Shown here: one piece after another, positions 9,516 to 20,852 of the stretch
How the letters are laid out: the number at the start of each line of letters is the position of its first letter
How positions within the stretch are numbered: the stretch's first letter is position 1
Origin: Fonticula alba ATCC 38817
Taxonomy: Eukaryota > Protista > Nucleariida
Length of the DNA stretch: 64,000 nucleotides
Assembly (NCBI GenBank): GCA_000388065.2
Contig: KB932208.1
Direction: 5' to 3' (one strand)
Position numbers and translations under genes: made by a program
Notes under the pieces: generated by a model
What the model was told of the DNA's origin: nothing
What the model saw: only the letters and a program-made list of their open reading frames with translations
The model's database searches: none

Positions 9516-12500
9516 ATGGTCGGCCGCCACCCTCGTCCCAGGGCCCCGCTCCTGGGCATCCTGCTCTTGCTGCTGCTGCTGCTGCTGCTCCGGCCCGGCA
9601 CATCGGGCGCCCTCGCCCGACGCGGTGTCTCCCCCCCGGGCCCGGCGCCGGTGTCCCTGGCGATGGCCGACGCCCCGGGACCGGCCAGCCCCACGGCCGA
9701 CCCGCCAGCATGCCACCCCACCTGTGCCCAGTGCTTCGGGCCCACCGGGCAGGACTGCCTCCGGTGCCCGGACGGGCGGGCCCTCCACCAGGGGGCCTGC
9801 CTGCCGGCCTGCCCGGCCGGCTTCTTCCCCACCCCCTCCACCGAGGGCACCCTCTGCCGGAGCTGCCACACATCGTGCGCCGGCTGCATCGCCTCGGACG
9901 CCGGGGCCTGCACCGCCTGCCAGCCGGGGCTGGTGCTGCTCGAGGGCCGGTGCCAGCCCGGGGCCTGCCCGGCCGGCACCTTCCCCGACCCGACGTCCGA
10001 CAGCGCCCCCTGCCGCGCCTGCCACCGGTCGTGCTCCACCTGCACCGGGCCGGATGCCGGGCACTGCCTCTCCTGCCCCGGGCATGCGGTGCTCACCGGC
10101 GATGGGGCCTGCCGGCCGGCCTGCCCGGCCGGGCACTACCTCTCCCCCGATCGGGTGCCCTCCTGCCGGGCATGCCATGCCACGTGCGCGGCCTGCCGGC
10201 ACGGCCAGGCGGCCGACTGCACCGCCTGCCCGGCCGGCCGCCAGCTGTCCCTCGGCCGGTGCGTGTCCCCCTGCGGCCCGGGGGCCACCCTCCACCAGGA
10301 GGCCTGTGTCGCCTGCCATGCCTCCTGCACCGAGTGCTCCGGCCCCGGGCAGGGCCACTGCCTGGCCTGCTCGGCGGGCCTCTGGCTTGGGCCCGATGGC
10401 CGGTGCCTGGGCCAATGCCCGGCCGGGTGGTTCCCCGAGCCGGCCCCCGGCCGCCGGTGCCTCGCCTGCCCGGCCCCCTGCGACCAGTGCGTCAGCTCCA
10501 CCGAGTGCACCGTCTGCCGGGCGGGCTGGCAGCTGGACCCGGGGTCCAGCACCTGCCGGCCGGCCGCCGGGGCCTGTCCCCAGGGCCGGTACCCGGCCGC
10601 CGGCAAGTGCCTCCCCTGTCACCACTCATGTCGCGCCTGTTCCGGCCCCTCGGAAGCCGAGTGCCTCCTGTGCCCGGCGCACCGGGTGCACTGGCCCGGC
10701 GCCGGGACCTGCCCGCTGGTCTGCCCGGCCGCCGAGTATCTGGAGTCCGGCGACCCGCCGGACCCGACCGGCCGCCGGTGCGCCCCCTGTGCCCGCGGCT
10801 GCCGGGCCTGCGCCGGCCCCTCGCCCAGCGCCTGCTCCCAATGCCAGGCCCCCTTCCTGCAGGTCGGCGACCAGTGTCTGGCCTCCTGCCCGGCCGGCTT
10901 CATCCAAGTCCCGGACCTGACCCAGCCGGATGTGGCCTCCTGCCGGGCCTGCCCGGCCCCCTGCACCGCCTGTGTGGCGGTCCTCCAGCAGGCCGGCGAC
11001 CCGGCCTGCCTGGCATGCTCCCCGGGATATGCCCTGGTGCCGGCCGCCCCGGGCGGCCCGGGGTCCTGTGTCTCCTGCCCGGCCCGGTGCCTGGAATGCT
11101 CGGACCCGGCCCGGTGCCACCGGTGCGAGGCCGGCTTCCAGCCGGACCCCTCCTCCGGGGCCTGCCTGCCGTCCTGCCCCCCGGGGACCTGGTTCCACCC
11201 GACGGCCCGGGCCTGCCAGCCCTGCGCCGGCCCCTGCGCCCGGTGCCTCGACGCCCCGGACCACTGCACCGCCTGCACCCCGGGCACCTACCTCTCGCAG
11301 GGCACCTGCGCCGGCTGCCATGCCTCCTGCTCCGAGTGCCAGGGCGAGGCCGCCTGCACGGCCTGCGCCCCGGGGCTCGTCTTCCCCGGCCCCCCCGGGC
11401 AGTCCCTCTGCACGGATGCCTGCCCGGCCGGGCAATTCGCCGACCTCCCGGCCGGCCGGTGTTCGCCCTGCGTCGGCCCCTGCGCCGAGTGCCTCGGCGC
11501 CGCGGACCGCTGCACCGCCTGCCTGCCCGGGGCCTTCCCGGCCGGCGGCACTTGCGCCGCCTGCCACGGCTCCTGCGCCACCTGCCCCGGGCCCGAGGCA
11601 TGCGCCACCTGCGCCGAGGGGCACCTCTTCGCCGGGGCCCCCGGGCAGTCCCTCTGCCTGGCGGCCTGCCCGGCCGGCACCTTCCCCGACTCGGCCGCCG
11701 GCCGGTGCACCCCCTGCCATGCCACCTGCGCCGCATGCACCGGCGCCGCGCGGCAGTGCACCGCCTGCGCGCCGGGCTTCCGCCCGGAGGGGCCTTGGTC
11801 CGAGGCCGGCCGGTGCGTGGCCTGCCCGGATGGGTGTGCCGGCTGCGACGCGGCCGGCCGGTGCACCGCCTGCGCGCCCGGGCTCCAGCTGACCCCGGCC
11901 GGGCAGTGCGCCTCCGACTGCCCGGCCGGGCACTACCCCCAGGCCGACGCCTGCCTGCCCTGCCACGAGTCCTGCGCCTCCTGCTCCGGGGCCCGGGCAT
12001 GCGGCACCTGCCAGCCGGGGCTCGTCTTCGCCAGCCCCGATGGCCTGCCCTCGCTGTGTGTCTTCTCCTGCCCGGAGGGGCACTTTGCCGACCCCCAGTC
12101 CGGGCGGTGCGCCGCCTGCCATGCCTCCTGCGCGGCCTGCACCACCGCCGCCGGCCAGTGCACCGCCTGCGCGCCGGCCTTCCGCCCGGAGGGGGCCTGG
12201 TCCACCGCCGGCCGGTGCGTGGCCTGCCCGGCCGGGTGCGCCGCCTGCGACCCGGCCGGCCGGTGCACCGCCTGCACCGGGGCCCTGCTCCTGACCCCGG
12301 GCGGGGCCTGTGAGTCGTCCTGCCCGGCCGGGCAGTTCGCCGCCTCCGGCCGCTGCCACCCCTGCCGGGCCCCCTGCGTCCAGTGCATCGACACGGCCGA
12401 CCACTGCATCACCTGCATCCGCGGGACCTTCCTCCGGGAGGCGGTCTGCACCGCGTGCGATGCCTCCTGCGCGGCCTGCTCCACGGCCCAGGCCTGCAGC

Positions 12501-15500
12501 ACCTGCGCCGAGGGGCACCTCTTCGCCGGGGCCCCCGGGCAGTCCCTCTGCCTGGCGGCCTGCCCGGCCGGCACCTTCCCCGACCCGGCCGCCGGCCGGT
12601 GCGCCCCCTGCCATGCCTCGTGCGCGGCCTGCACCACCGCCGCCGACCAGTGCACCGCCTGTGCGCCGGCCTTCCGCCCGGAGGGGGCCTGGTCCGAGGC
12701 CGGCCGGTGCGTGGCCTGCCCGACCGCCTGCTCGGCATGCGACCCGGCCGGCCGGTGCACCGCCTGCACCGGGGCCCTGCTGCTGGCCCCGGACGGCACC
12801 TGCGCCTCGGCCTGCCCGGCGCACACCTGGCCCGACACCGGGGCCCGCGTGTGCCGGCCCTGCCAGGCCCCATGCTCCCGGTGCACCGGGCCCCGGGCCT
12901 GTGTCTCCTGCCTGCCCGGCACCTACCTCGACCGGGACGCCTGCCTGCCATGCGACGCCTCGTGCGCCGCCTGCCCCGGGCCCGCGGCATGCGACACCTG
13001 CGCCCGGGGGCTGCTCTTCGCCGGCGAGCCCGGCCACTCGCTCTGCCTGGCGGCCTGCCCGGCCGGCACCTTCCCGGCCGTCGACCGGTGCGCCGCCTGC
13101 CATGCCACCTGCGCCGCATGCACCGGCGCCGCGCGGCAGTGCACCGCCTGCGCTCCGCGCCACCGGCCCGAGGGGGACTGGCCGGCCGGCGGGGCCGGCG
13201 GCCGGTGCGTCCCCTGCCCGGCCGCCTGCACCGCCTGCGACCCGGCCGGCCGGTGCACCGCCTGCGCGCCCGGGCTCCAGCTGACCCCGGCCGGGCAGTG
13301 CGCCTCCGGCTGCCCGGCCGGGCACTACCCCCAGGCCGACGCCTGCCTGCCCTGCCAGGCCCCCTGTGCCGAGTGCACCGGGCCCGGGCACTGTCTCTCC
13401 TGCCCCCCGGGGGCCTTCCTCCAGCTGGACACATGCGCCGAGTGCGATGCCTCCTGCGCGGCCTGCTCCGACGGCCGGTCCTGCGATGTCTGCCGGCCGG
13501 GGCACTTTTTCGCCCGGCCCGCCGGCCTGCCCGGCCTGTGCCTGGACGCCTGCCCGGCCGGCTCGCTGCCGCTGGCCGGCCACTGCACCCCCTGCCATGC
13601 CTCGTGCGCGGCCTGCGCCACCGCCGCCGACCGGTGCACCCGCTGTGCGCCGGCCTTCCGCCCGGAGGGGGCCTGGTCCGAGGCCGGCCGGTGCGTGGCC
13701 TGCCCGGCCGGGTGCGCCGCCTGCGACCCGGCCGGCCGGTGCACCGCCTGCACCGGGGCCCTGCTCCTGGCCCCGGACGGCACCTGCGCCTCGGCCTGCC
13801 CGGCCGCCACCTTCCCCCACGACCGGGCCGTCTGCCTGCCCTGCGACCCGTCCTGCTCCCGGTGCACCGACGACCAGGCCTGCCTCGAGTGCGCCCCGGG
13901 GCTGGTCTTCCTCTCGCCCGACCCCGGGGCCCGGTCTCTCTGTGTGGGCACCTGCCCGGCGGGGTTCCTGCCCGAGGGCCCCCGGTGCCTGGCCTGCGTG
14001 GCCCCCTGTGCCCGGTGCACCGAGGCCCCGGACCGCTGCACGGCCTGCCTGCCGGGGCTCCGCCTGGCCGAGCCGGCCGAGCTGGCCGCCCAGCCGGCCG
14101 CCCAGTGTGTCCCCTGCCCGGCCGAGTGTGCCGGCTGCCTGCCGGACGGCCGGTGCACCGCCTGCCCGGATGCCCCGGGCCCCGGGGCCCGGCCGGTCTT
14201 GTCGCCCTTCGGCCGATGCCTGGCCCACTGCCCGGCCGGCTGGTATGCCGACCCGGAGGCCGGCCGCTGCCGGCCCTGCAACGGCTCGTGCGCCACCTGC
14301 TCCGGGCCCTCGGCCTGCGACACCTGCCAGCCGGGGCTGGTGTTCCTGGCCCCGGGCGCCCGGCCGGCCGAGGCCCCTGACCCGGCCCCCCCCGGGCCCG
14401 GGGGCACCCTTTGCACGGACGTCTGCCCGGCCGGCCAGGTCCCCGGCCGGACGCCCGACCCGGCGGCCAGCCCGCAGTGCGTCCCCTGCGCCGGGGCCTG
14501 CGCGACGTGCGTCCACACCCCGGACCAGTGCGTGGCCTGTGCCCCCGGGCACCGGCCGCACACGCCCCACGACCTGCCCGGCGCCTGTGTCCCCTGCCCG
14601 ACCGGCTGCCACGACTGCCTGGACAATGGCCGGTGCTTGGCCTGCCTGCCGGGCTCCGGCCTGGTGTTGACCCCGGCCGGGCGATGTGCCGCCGCCTGCC
14701 CGGACGGCTGGTTCGCCTCCGGCCACGGGCACTGCCTCCGGTGCGCCGACGAATGTGCCACCTGCACCGGGCCGCTGCCGGCCCACTGCACGGCCTGCCG
14801 CCCGGGCGCCAGCCTCCTGCCGGCCCCCGGCCCCGGCCACTGTGCCACCCCCTGCCCGGCCGGCCACTTCCGTGATGACACCTCCCCCGAGTGCCGGGCC
14901 TGCCACCGGGACTGTGCCTCCTGCACCGGGCCCACCTCGGGCCACTGCGTCGAGTGCTCGGCCCCCGGCCTCCTCCAGCTGGATGGCCACTGTGTGGACG
15001 CCTGCCCCGACAGCTTCTTCCCCCAGGCCGGCCGCCGGTGCGTCCGGTGCCATGGGGCCTGCCACGCCTGTGCCGGGCCCGGCCCGGGGGACTGTCTCTC
15101 CTGCCCGGCCGGCCTGGTGGCCCTGAGCCTGGTGGCCGCCGGCCGGCCGCGCGCTTGCGGCAGCTTCTGCCCGGCCGGCTCGGCTCTCGACCCGGAGGCC
15201 GTGGCCTGCCGCGCCTGCCCGGCCGACTGCCCGCAGTGCGACGCCGCCGGCGTCTGCCAGGCGTGCGGCCCCGGGTGGCTGCTTGCCGCCGGTGCCCCGG
15301 CCTCCGCCGGCATCTCCGCCCCCCTGGCGGGCCCGGGCCCGGGGCCGGGCCCGCCGCAACCCGCATGCATCCGCGGGCCCGACTGTCCGGCCGGCGCCGC
15401 GCCGCACGGGACCCGGTGTCTTGCCTGCGCCGCCGGGTGTGCCACCTGCGCCGGGCCCGAGGCCGACCAGTGCCTCACCTGTGCCCCGGGCTTCGACACG

Positions 15501-16787
15501 CCCTTCGAGGGGGCCTGCCTGGCCGCCTGCCCCCAGGCCGGGTACTTCCCGCATCCGCGCACCGGCCAGTGCGTCGGCTGCCATGCCTCCTGCCTCGCCT
15601 GCACATCCATCCAGGAGGACGCCTGCACCGCCTGTCCCCCGGACCATGCTCTCTGGCAGGGCACCTGCCTGGCCGCCTGTCCGGCCGGCACCTTCCGCCA
15701 GGCCCCCGACTCTCCGGACGCCTCGGGCTCTTCGGGCCACCAGGACGCCCCGGGCTCTTCGGGCCACCAGGACGCCCCGGGCTCTTCGGGCCACCAGGAC
15801 GCCCCGGGCTCTTCGGGCCACCAGGACGCCTCGGGCTCTTCTGACCACCAAGGCGCCCCGGCCCCCCCCGGCATGCAGGACGCCCCGGTCCCCTCCGGCT
15901 ACCGGTGCATCCCCTGTGACTCGGAGTGTGCCGGGTGCGAGGGCCCGGGCCCGGGCCACTGCACAGGCTGCCCGGCCGGGCGCCTGCTCGGGCCCGATGG
16001 CCATTGCCTCGACGAGTGCCCGACCGGCTTCGGGCCCTGCCATTCGGACGGCCGGTGCATCCGCTGCCCGGCCGGCTGCGCTCGCTGCCAGCCGGCCCCG
16101 GACCAATGCCAGTCGGGCGTCTGCCTGGCCTGCCAGCCCGGGCTCTTCCTCGGCCTCGACAGCCAGTGCCACGACGCCTGCCCGGTGGGGGAGTTCCCGC
16201 CGGCCAGCGTGCCGGGCCAGTGCTTCCAGTGCGCCAAGGCGTGCGCCTCCTGCGCCTCCTCGGCCGAGGCGTGCACCTCCTGCGCCGATGCCGACCACTG
16301 GCTGGTCCTCGGCACCGGCGAGTGCACCCGGGCGGCGTGCCCGGAAATGGGCTTCGCCACTTTCCACGACCCGGCCATCGGCCGCGTGTGCATCCCCTGC
16401 CATGTGGCCGGGTGCGAGTTTTGTTCCCTGCCTCCGGCTGCCGACCCGGGCTGCCGGCGTCTGGCCGACCGGGGCATCACCTGTCCGGACCTTGACCGCT
16501 GTGACCGCTGCGCCTCCGGGCGAAGCATCCTCCCCGGGGGCCAGGCCGCCGACCAGTGTGTGCTCGCCTGCCCCGGGGGCTTCTTCAGCTCCTCCACCCC
16601 GGGCAGCGGCGCCCTCCGGTGCATGAACTGTGCCCCGGGCTGCAACCACTGCCAGGGGCCGCTGCCGGTCGACTGCCTCGACGAACGGCCCGAGCCCTCT
16701 TCTCGGCCGCTCGGTGCGTCGCGCCTCCCCCGTGTCTGTGTTCCCCCGCCCGGGGGCGCGACCTCCGCGTATCTCCCTTGCCTCATG

Positions 16788-16820
<33 letters not shown>

Positions 16821-16876
16821 CTCTCCGAGCACAAATGACGAGCTAACAGACCCCCACACTCGTCCACCCACCCACC

Positions 16877-16932
<56 letters not shown>

Positions 16933-18850
16933 GATAAGCCCTTGGTCTCGGCATCGGCATCGGCTCCGCCCTGCTCATCCTGCTGATCATCGGCGTCATC
17001 GTGCTGGTCATCGTCCGGCGTCACCGGGCTCCACACTTGCTACTGCCCAAGGTGCGCCGGTCTCCCCCTGCCTCGCCCTTTTCGCGCGCCTGCAGCCGCC
17101 AGCCCAGCCCATGCGCATGAGGGATGCCCACCCTGGTTCACTGACGCTCTCTGCCCGATGCCACAGACCACTGCCCCGGATTACGGTACGCCGTCGTCTC
17201 GGCTTCTGTTTGAGCCTTTCGCCCGGTCCACGCCGCTGCTTTGCCTTGCTCAGTCTTCGGGTCTCTTGCTCTCCTGCCCCCTTTCTCTCTCTCACACACA
17301 CACACACACGCACCCACACTCTGTCTCCCGCCCTCCGCCCCTTCCCCCTTCCAAAACCCAGACGCGACGGTCCTTAATACCTTGCCGGAGCTCAGCATGC
17401 CCGGCGCGGCCCTCGTCTCCGCCGACTACGACTTCATCCCCATCGAGGAGGGCAAGCTCGGCGAGGGGGCCCAGGCGTCGGTTTACTCGGCCCGCGTGGT
17501 CGGCGACGGCCTGATCTCTCGACTCCGCTGCCCGGCCATCGTGGCCATCAAGCGCAGCAAGGGTACGCTCCTCCTCCTCCTCCTCCTCACCGGGCAATGC
17601 CTCCCCCCGTCCCTCCCCCCGTGACGCCATCCGCTGACCGGCGCCCGTCCCTGTGCCAGAATCCATCCAGGACGACCTTCGCGACTTCCTCTTCCAAAAT
17701 GAGATCTCCCTCATGTGGTCCGTGTCATCCCCATAACCGCCTGCCGCCGTTCTCTGGCCCTCTCCGACCGCATGCGCCCGCCCGGGTGCTCTCCCTCGCG
17801 GCCCCACACCCACACATGTGCACCAGTGCTTACACATAGGTCGCCCCTCGCCTGTGACTCGCATCCCCTCGCCCCGGCCTCCCGCGCCCGGCACAGGCTC
17901 GCCCGCGGCCAGCCCAACATCGTCCAGATCTTCGGGTACTCCGAGCGCCCGCAGGCCCTGATCATGGAGAAGTTCGACTCCTGCCTACAGACGCTGCTCT
18001 TCTCCGGCGTGGCCCTCGCCATGGACGAGTCCCTGGATCTCATGGCCGACGTGGGTGCGTGGTCGCTCCCATGCCTGGCCCCCCCTCCCGCTCCTCCCCC
18101 TCCCGCGCGCGCGCCCCCTCGCCACGTGTCCCNNNNNNNNNNNNNNNNNNNNNNNNNNNNNNNNNNNNNNNNNNNNNNNNNNNNNNNNNNNNNNNNNNNN
18201 NNNNNNNNNNNNNNNNNNNNNNNNNNNNNNNNNNNNNNNNNNNNNNNNNNNNNNNNNNNNNNNNNNNNNNNNNNNNNNNNNNNNNNNNNNNNNNNNNNNN
18301 NNNNNNNNNNNNNNNNNNNNNNNNNNNNNNCCCTGTGTTGGTGGGAGAGTGCGCGTGCGAGGGGGGACAACTCCAATGCCCTGGTACGTATGCACACCCC
18401 AGCCACCGTACTGTCGCTGGCCTGTCCTTGTCTGCTGGCCTCCCCCCCCCCCCCTCCCCTCCTCCCCCGTCCAGGCACTCACCCCTTCTCTCCGCCTCCG
18501 GCCGGTGCAGAGCCTGCGCGCCTTCGAGACCCAGCAGCCCATCCTCCCGGCACTCTACCTCCAGTCGGATGTCTACTCCACGGCCGTGCTCCTGTGGGTG
18601 ATCCTCGCCCGGCGCGCCCCGTCCCATGGTGCGTGTCCAGCACCTGTCTTCCTGCCCCGGGCGCTCGCCCTCCTCTCCCACCTTCGGGCTGGGCGTCTCC
18701 CCATCTGGCCGCACTCACATGGCCTGCTCGGTGCATGTTGGCCCACTCACCCACTCACCCACTCACCCACACCTCTACACCTCCACACCTCTACATACAC
18801 TCACCCACTCACCCACTCACCCACTCACCCACTCACCCACTCACCCACAC

Positions 18851-18917
<67 letters not shown>

Positions 18918-19177
18918 AGCACCGGAAGAAGATTTCCCGCGATACACAGGCCGGCTGCCGCCCCGCCCCAGGGCCGGTCTTCGACCGTTGGACCGCCCCA
19001 GACGACCGAGCCGCTGCCGACCGGGTCCTGGGCCTGGTGGAGCGGGCCTGGGCCGCGGATCCAACGCACCGACCCACGGCCGGCGCCCTGCACCGGGTCC
19101 TGGTGGACATCCGCGCCGGCATGGCCGGGCCTGCCCCGGCCCAGGCCGAGAGCGGCCCACCCCCCGGCCCCGGGTGA
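9516..19177 (+). CDS. Giant single-pass receptor kinase (TKL-like): signal peptide, ~2,400-aa furin-like Cys-rich repeat ectodomain, TM helix, kinase domain
   Basis: ATG 9516 followed by hydrophobic LLGILLLLLLLLLL. Exon 1 (9516-16713) is made of CHxSCxxCxGP...C..C repeats. Exon 16939-17051 encodes TM LGLGIGIGSALLILLIIGVIVLVIVRRHR. Kinase exons: GEGAQASVY, VAIK, NEISLM, PNIVQIFGY, SDVYSTAVLLW, LVERAWAADPTHRPTA; stop 19175-19177. The HRD/DFG/APE region is not visible (gap 18133-18330). Confidence 0.9.
15717..15851 (+). repeat. In-frame 27-bp minisatellite, 5 copies, encoding D(A)(S/P)GSS(G/D)HQ
   Basis: Unit gacgcc(c/t)cgggctcttcgggccaccag repeated head-to-tail within the kinase ectodomain ORF; the last copy is degenerate. 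Confidence 0.95.
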
Positions 19178-19299
19178 GCCCTTAGCCATGGCCTTTTCCT
19201 CGGGCGCTCCCGGGGAGGCGAGATGCCTTTGCACTCGCCTCCCGAAGGAGAGCAAAAAAACAAACAAACAATAAAGACACATGCCTTGCCAGTGAGCGC

Positions 19300-19348
<49 letters not shown>

Positions 19349-19618
19349 GAGAGAGGGCGAGGGAAAGAGAGAGAGAGACAACGGCAGAGCAGGCCAAAGG
19401 CCGAGACGGCAACGGGTATAGTCGACGGGCGAGACGGGGGGGGGGGAGACTGAGCGAAGGGGGCCAAAAGGGAGAAGGTCGCGTAACGGCGCGCGGTCCG
19501 CTCGGCTTTCGCCCTGCGCCCCGGCCCGCCCCGCCCGCAGACGGGTGGGCGTTTGTCCCTTCCCGCGGCTGCCTGCGCGCGGAAGGAAAATCGGGCCCGG
19601 GGCAAAAAGATGAGGAAT

Positions 19619-19689
19619 TGCGTCGACCGGGAATCGAACCCGGGTCTACCGCGTGGCAGGCGGCAATTCTACCACTAAACCATCGACGC
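19619..19689 (-). tRNA. tRNA-Gly (GCC)
   Basis: Reverse complement GCGTCGATGGTTTAGTGGTAGAATTGCCGCCTGCCACGCGGTAGACCCGGGTTCGATTCCCGGTCGACGCA folds as a 71-nt cloverleaf: anticodon loop CT-GCC-AC, T-loop TTCGATT, downstream T5 at 19604-19608. Confidence 0.96.
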
Positions 19690-19717
19690 TTATTCCACGG
19701 CTGACACGCGCCCGGGG

Positions 19718-19725
19718 AATATATA
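19718..19725 (-). promoter_or_regulatory. TATA-like element about 30 nt upstream of tRNA-Gly
   Basis: TATATATT at -36 to -29 in a very GC-rich background. Confidence 0.55.
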
Positions 19726-20147
19726 CCCTCTCCGAGCTGACTTTCCCGTGCGCGGAGCACCCAGTGGCGGTGCCGTGTGATCAGCCCCAGGTCAGCTCCC
19801 GGGAAAGCGCATCACGAGCACGGCCATGTGCTCTTCCAGGCGCACGGGGCGCGAAAGCCCCACAAGCCGGCCATGCCCCCCCCCCCCCAGCCTCGCCGGG
19901 ACGGCATGGCTGCCCCGAAGAACAGGAAGTCCCGTCCTGAGGCCGAGAAGTGCGGGCGGCCGTGCGTGCGCCTCCCAAAAGCCGAGGCAAGACCACAGGG
20001 CTCGCAATGACGCCCGATGTTCGGCTCCCCCTCCTCGCCGCCGGCCGGGGCCGACTCCCGGGCCCCTCGCGACTCCGGCCTCATGCCGTCCCGCCCCCTC
20101 CCCCAGGAGAGGGTGAGGGCCAGGAACTGCATGGCCAAGGCGCTGCG

Positions 20148-20154
20148 CTTTAAA
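20148..20154 (+). promoter_or_regulatory. TATA-like element about 30 nt upstream of tRNA-Phe
   Basis: TTTAAAT at -33 to -27 in a very GC-rich background. Confidence 0.5.
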
Positions 20155-20180
20155 TCCCCCAGGGGAGTCCCTTCCCTCAC

Positions 20181-20253
20181 GCCTCGATAGCTCAGTTGGG
20201 AGAGCGTGTGACTGAAGATCACAAGGTCACCAGTTCAATCCTGGTTCGAGGCA
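20181..20253 (+). tRNA. tRNA-Phe (GAA)
   Basis: GCCTCGATAGCTCAGTTGGGAGAGCGTGTGACTGAAGATCACAAGGTCACCAGTTCAATCCTGGTTCGAGGCA: 73-nt cloverleaf, anticodon loop CT-GAA-GA, TTTT at 20261-20264. Confidence 0.97.
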
Positions 20254-20852
20254 ACTTCCCTTTTGCCCGCCGACGCCGCCCCACAGAGGGACGGGGGCTG
20301 CGCCGGAGAAAAAAAAAACACCACGCCCAAGGGGGGGAAAGAGAGCATTTTGCCGCACAAAGGGGGGGGTGTATGCGCAGAGACAAAAGGGAAGGGGGGG
20401 GGGGAGAACACAAGGGCACACATGGGCGAACATCGCTGTCGCCATGGGGAGGGAGGGAGCCGCCGCGACGCGTCTTTTGCCGGGGACGCGCGGGGCCACG
20501 GGGAGGGAGGGGGAAGCACAGAGAAGAGATGCACAAGGACAAGGGAGGGGGGCGAACACGGGGAAGCAGACACCCCGTCGGGATGGACGCACGCCCACGC
20601 GCATTCTCGAGAACTGCAGAGCGAGGGGCATGGGAGCGCAGAGAGCGGACAGCGAGGGGGGAGGGGCCCGATGCGCCCGGCGCGACGCCGCCCGCACCAC
20701 CCCTTCCGTACCTGGCCCCCTGGCCCGCGCGAGGGGGAGGAGGGTCGAGGGACAGGAGGGGGAGGGGGGGGGGGGCGAAGGGGAGCAAACGGCAAAAGCA
20801 TGCCCCCTTCTTCTCCCGGGCGCGCCCGCGCGTCTGAGCCGGTCGTCCCGCA

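Noticed and set aside
15717-15851. 27-bp repeat as a CRISPR array
   Set aside because: Units are contiguous with no unique spacers, in-frame in a eukaryotic exon, and no cas genes are nearby.
10626-17036. 2136-aa minus-strand ORF and other long ORFs overlapping the receptor ectodomain
   Set aside because: Antisense or shifted shadows of a GC3-rich repetitive exon; G/A/R-rich with no domain signal.
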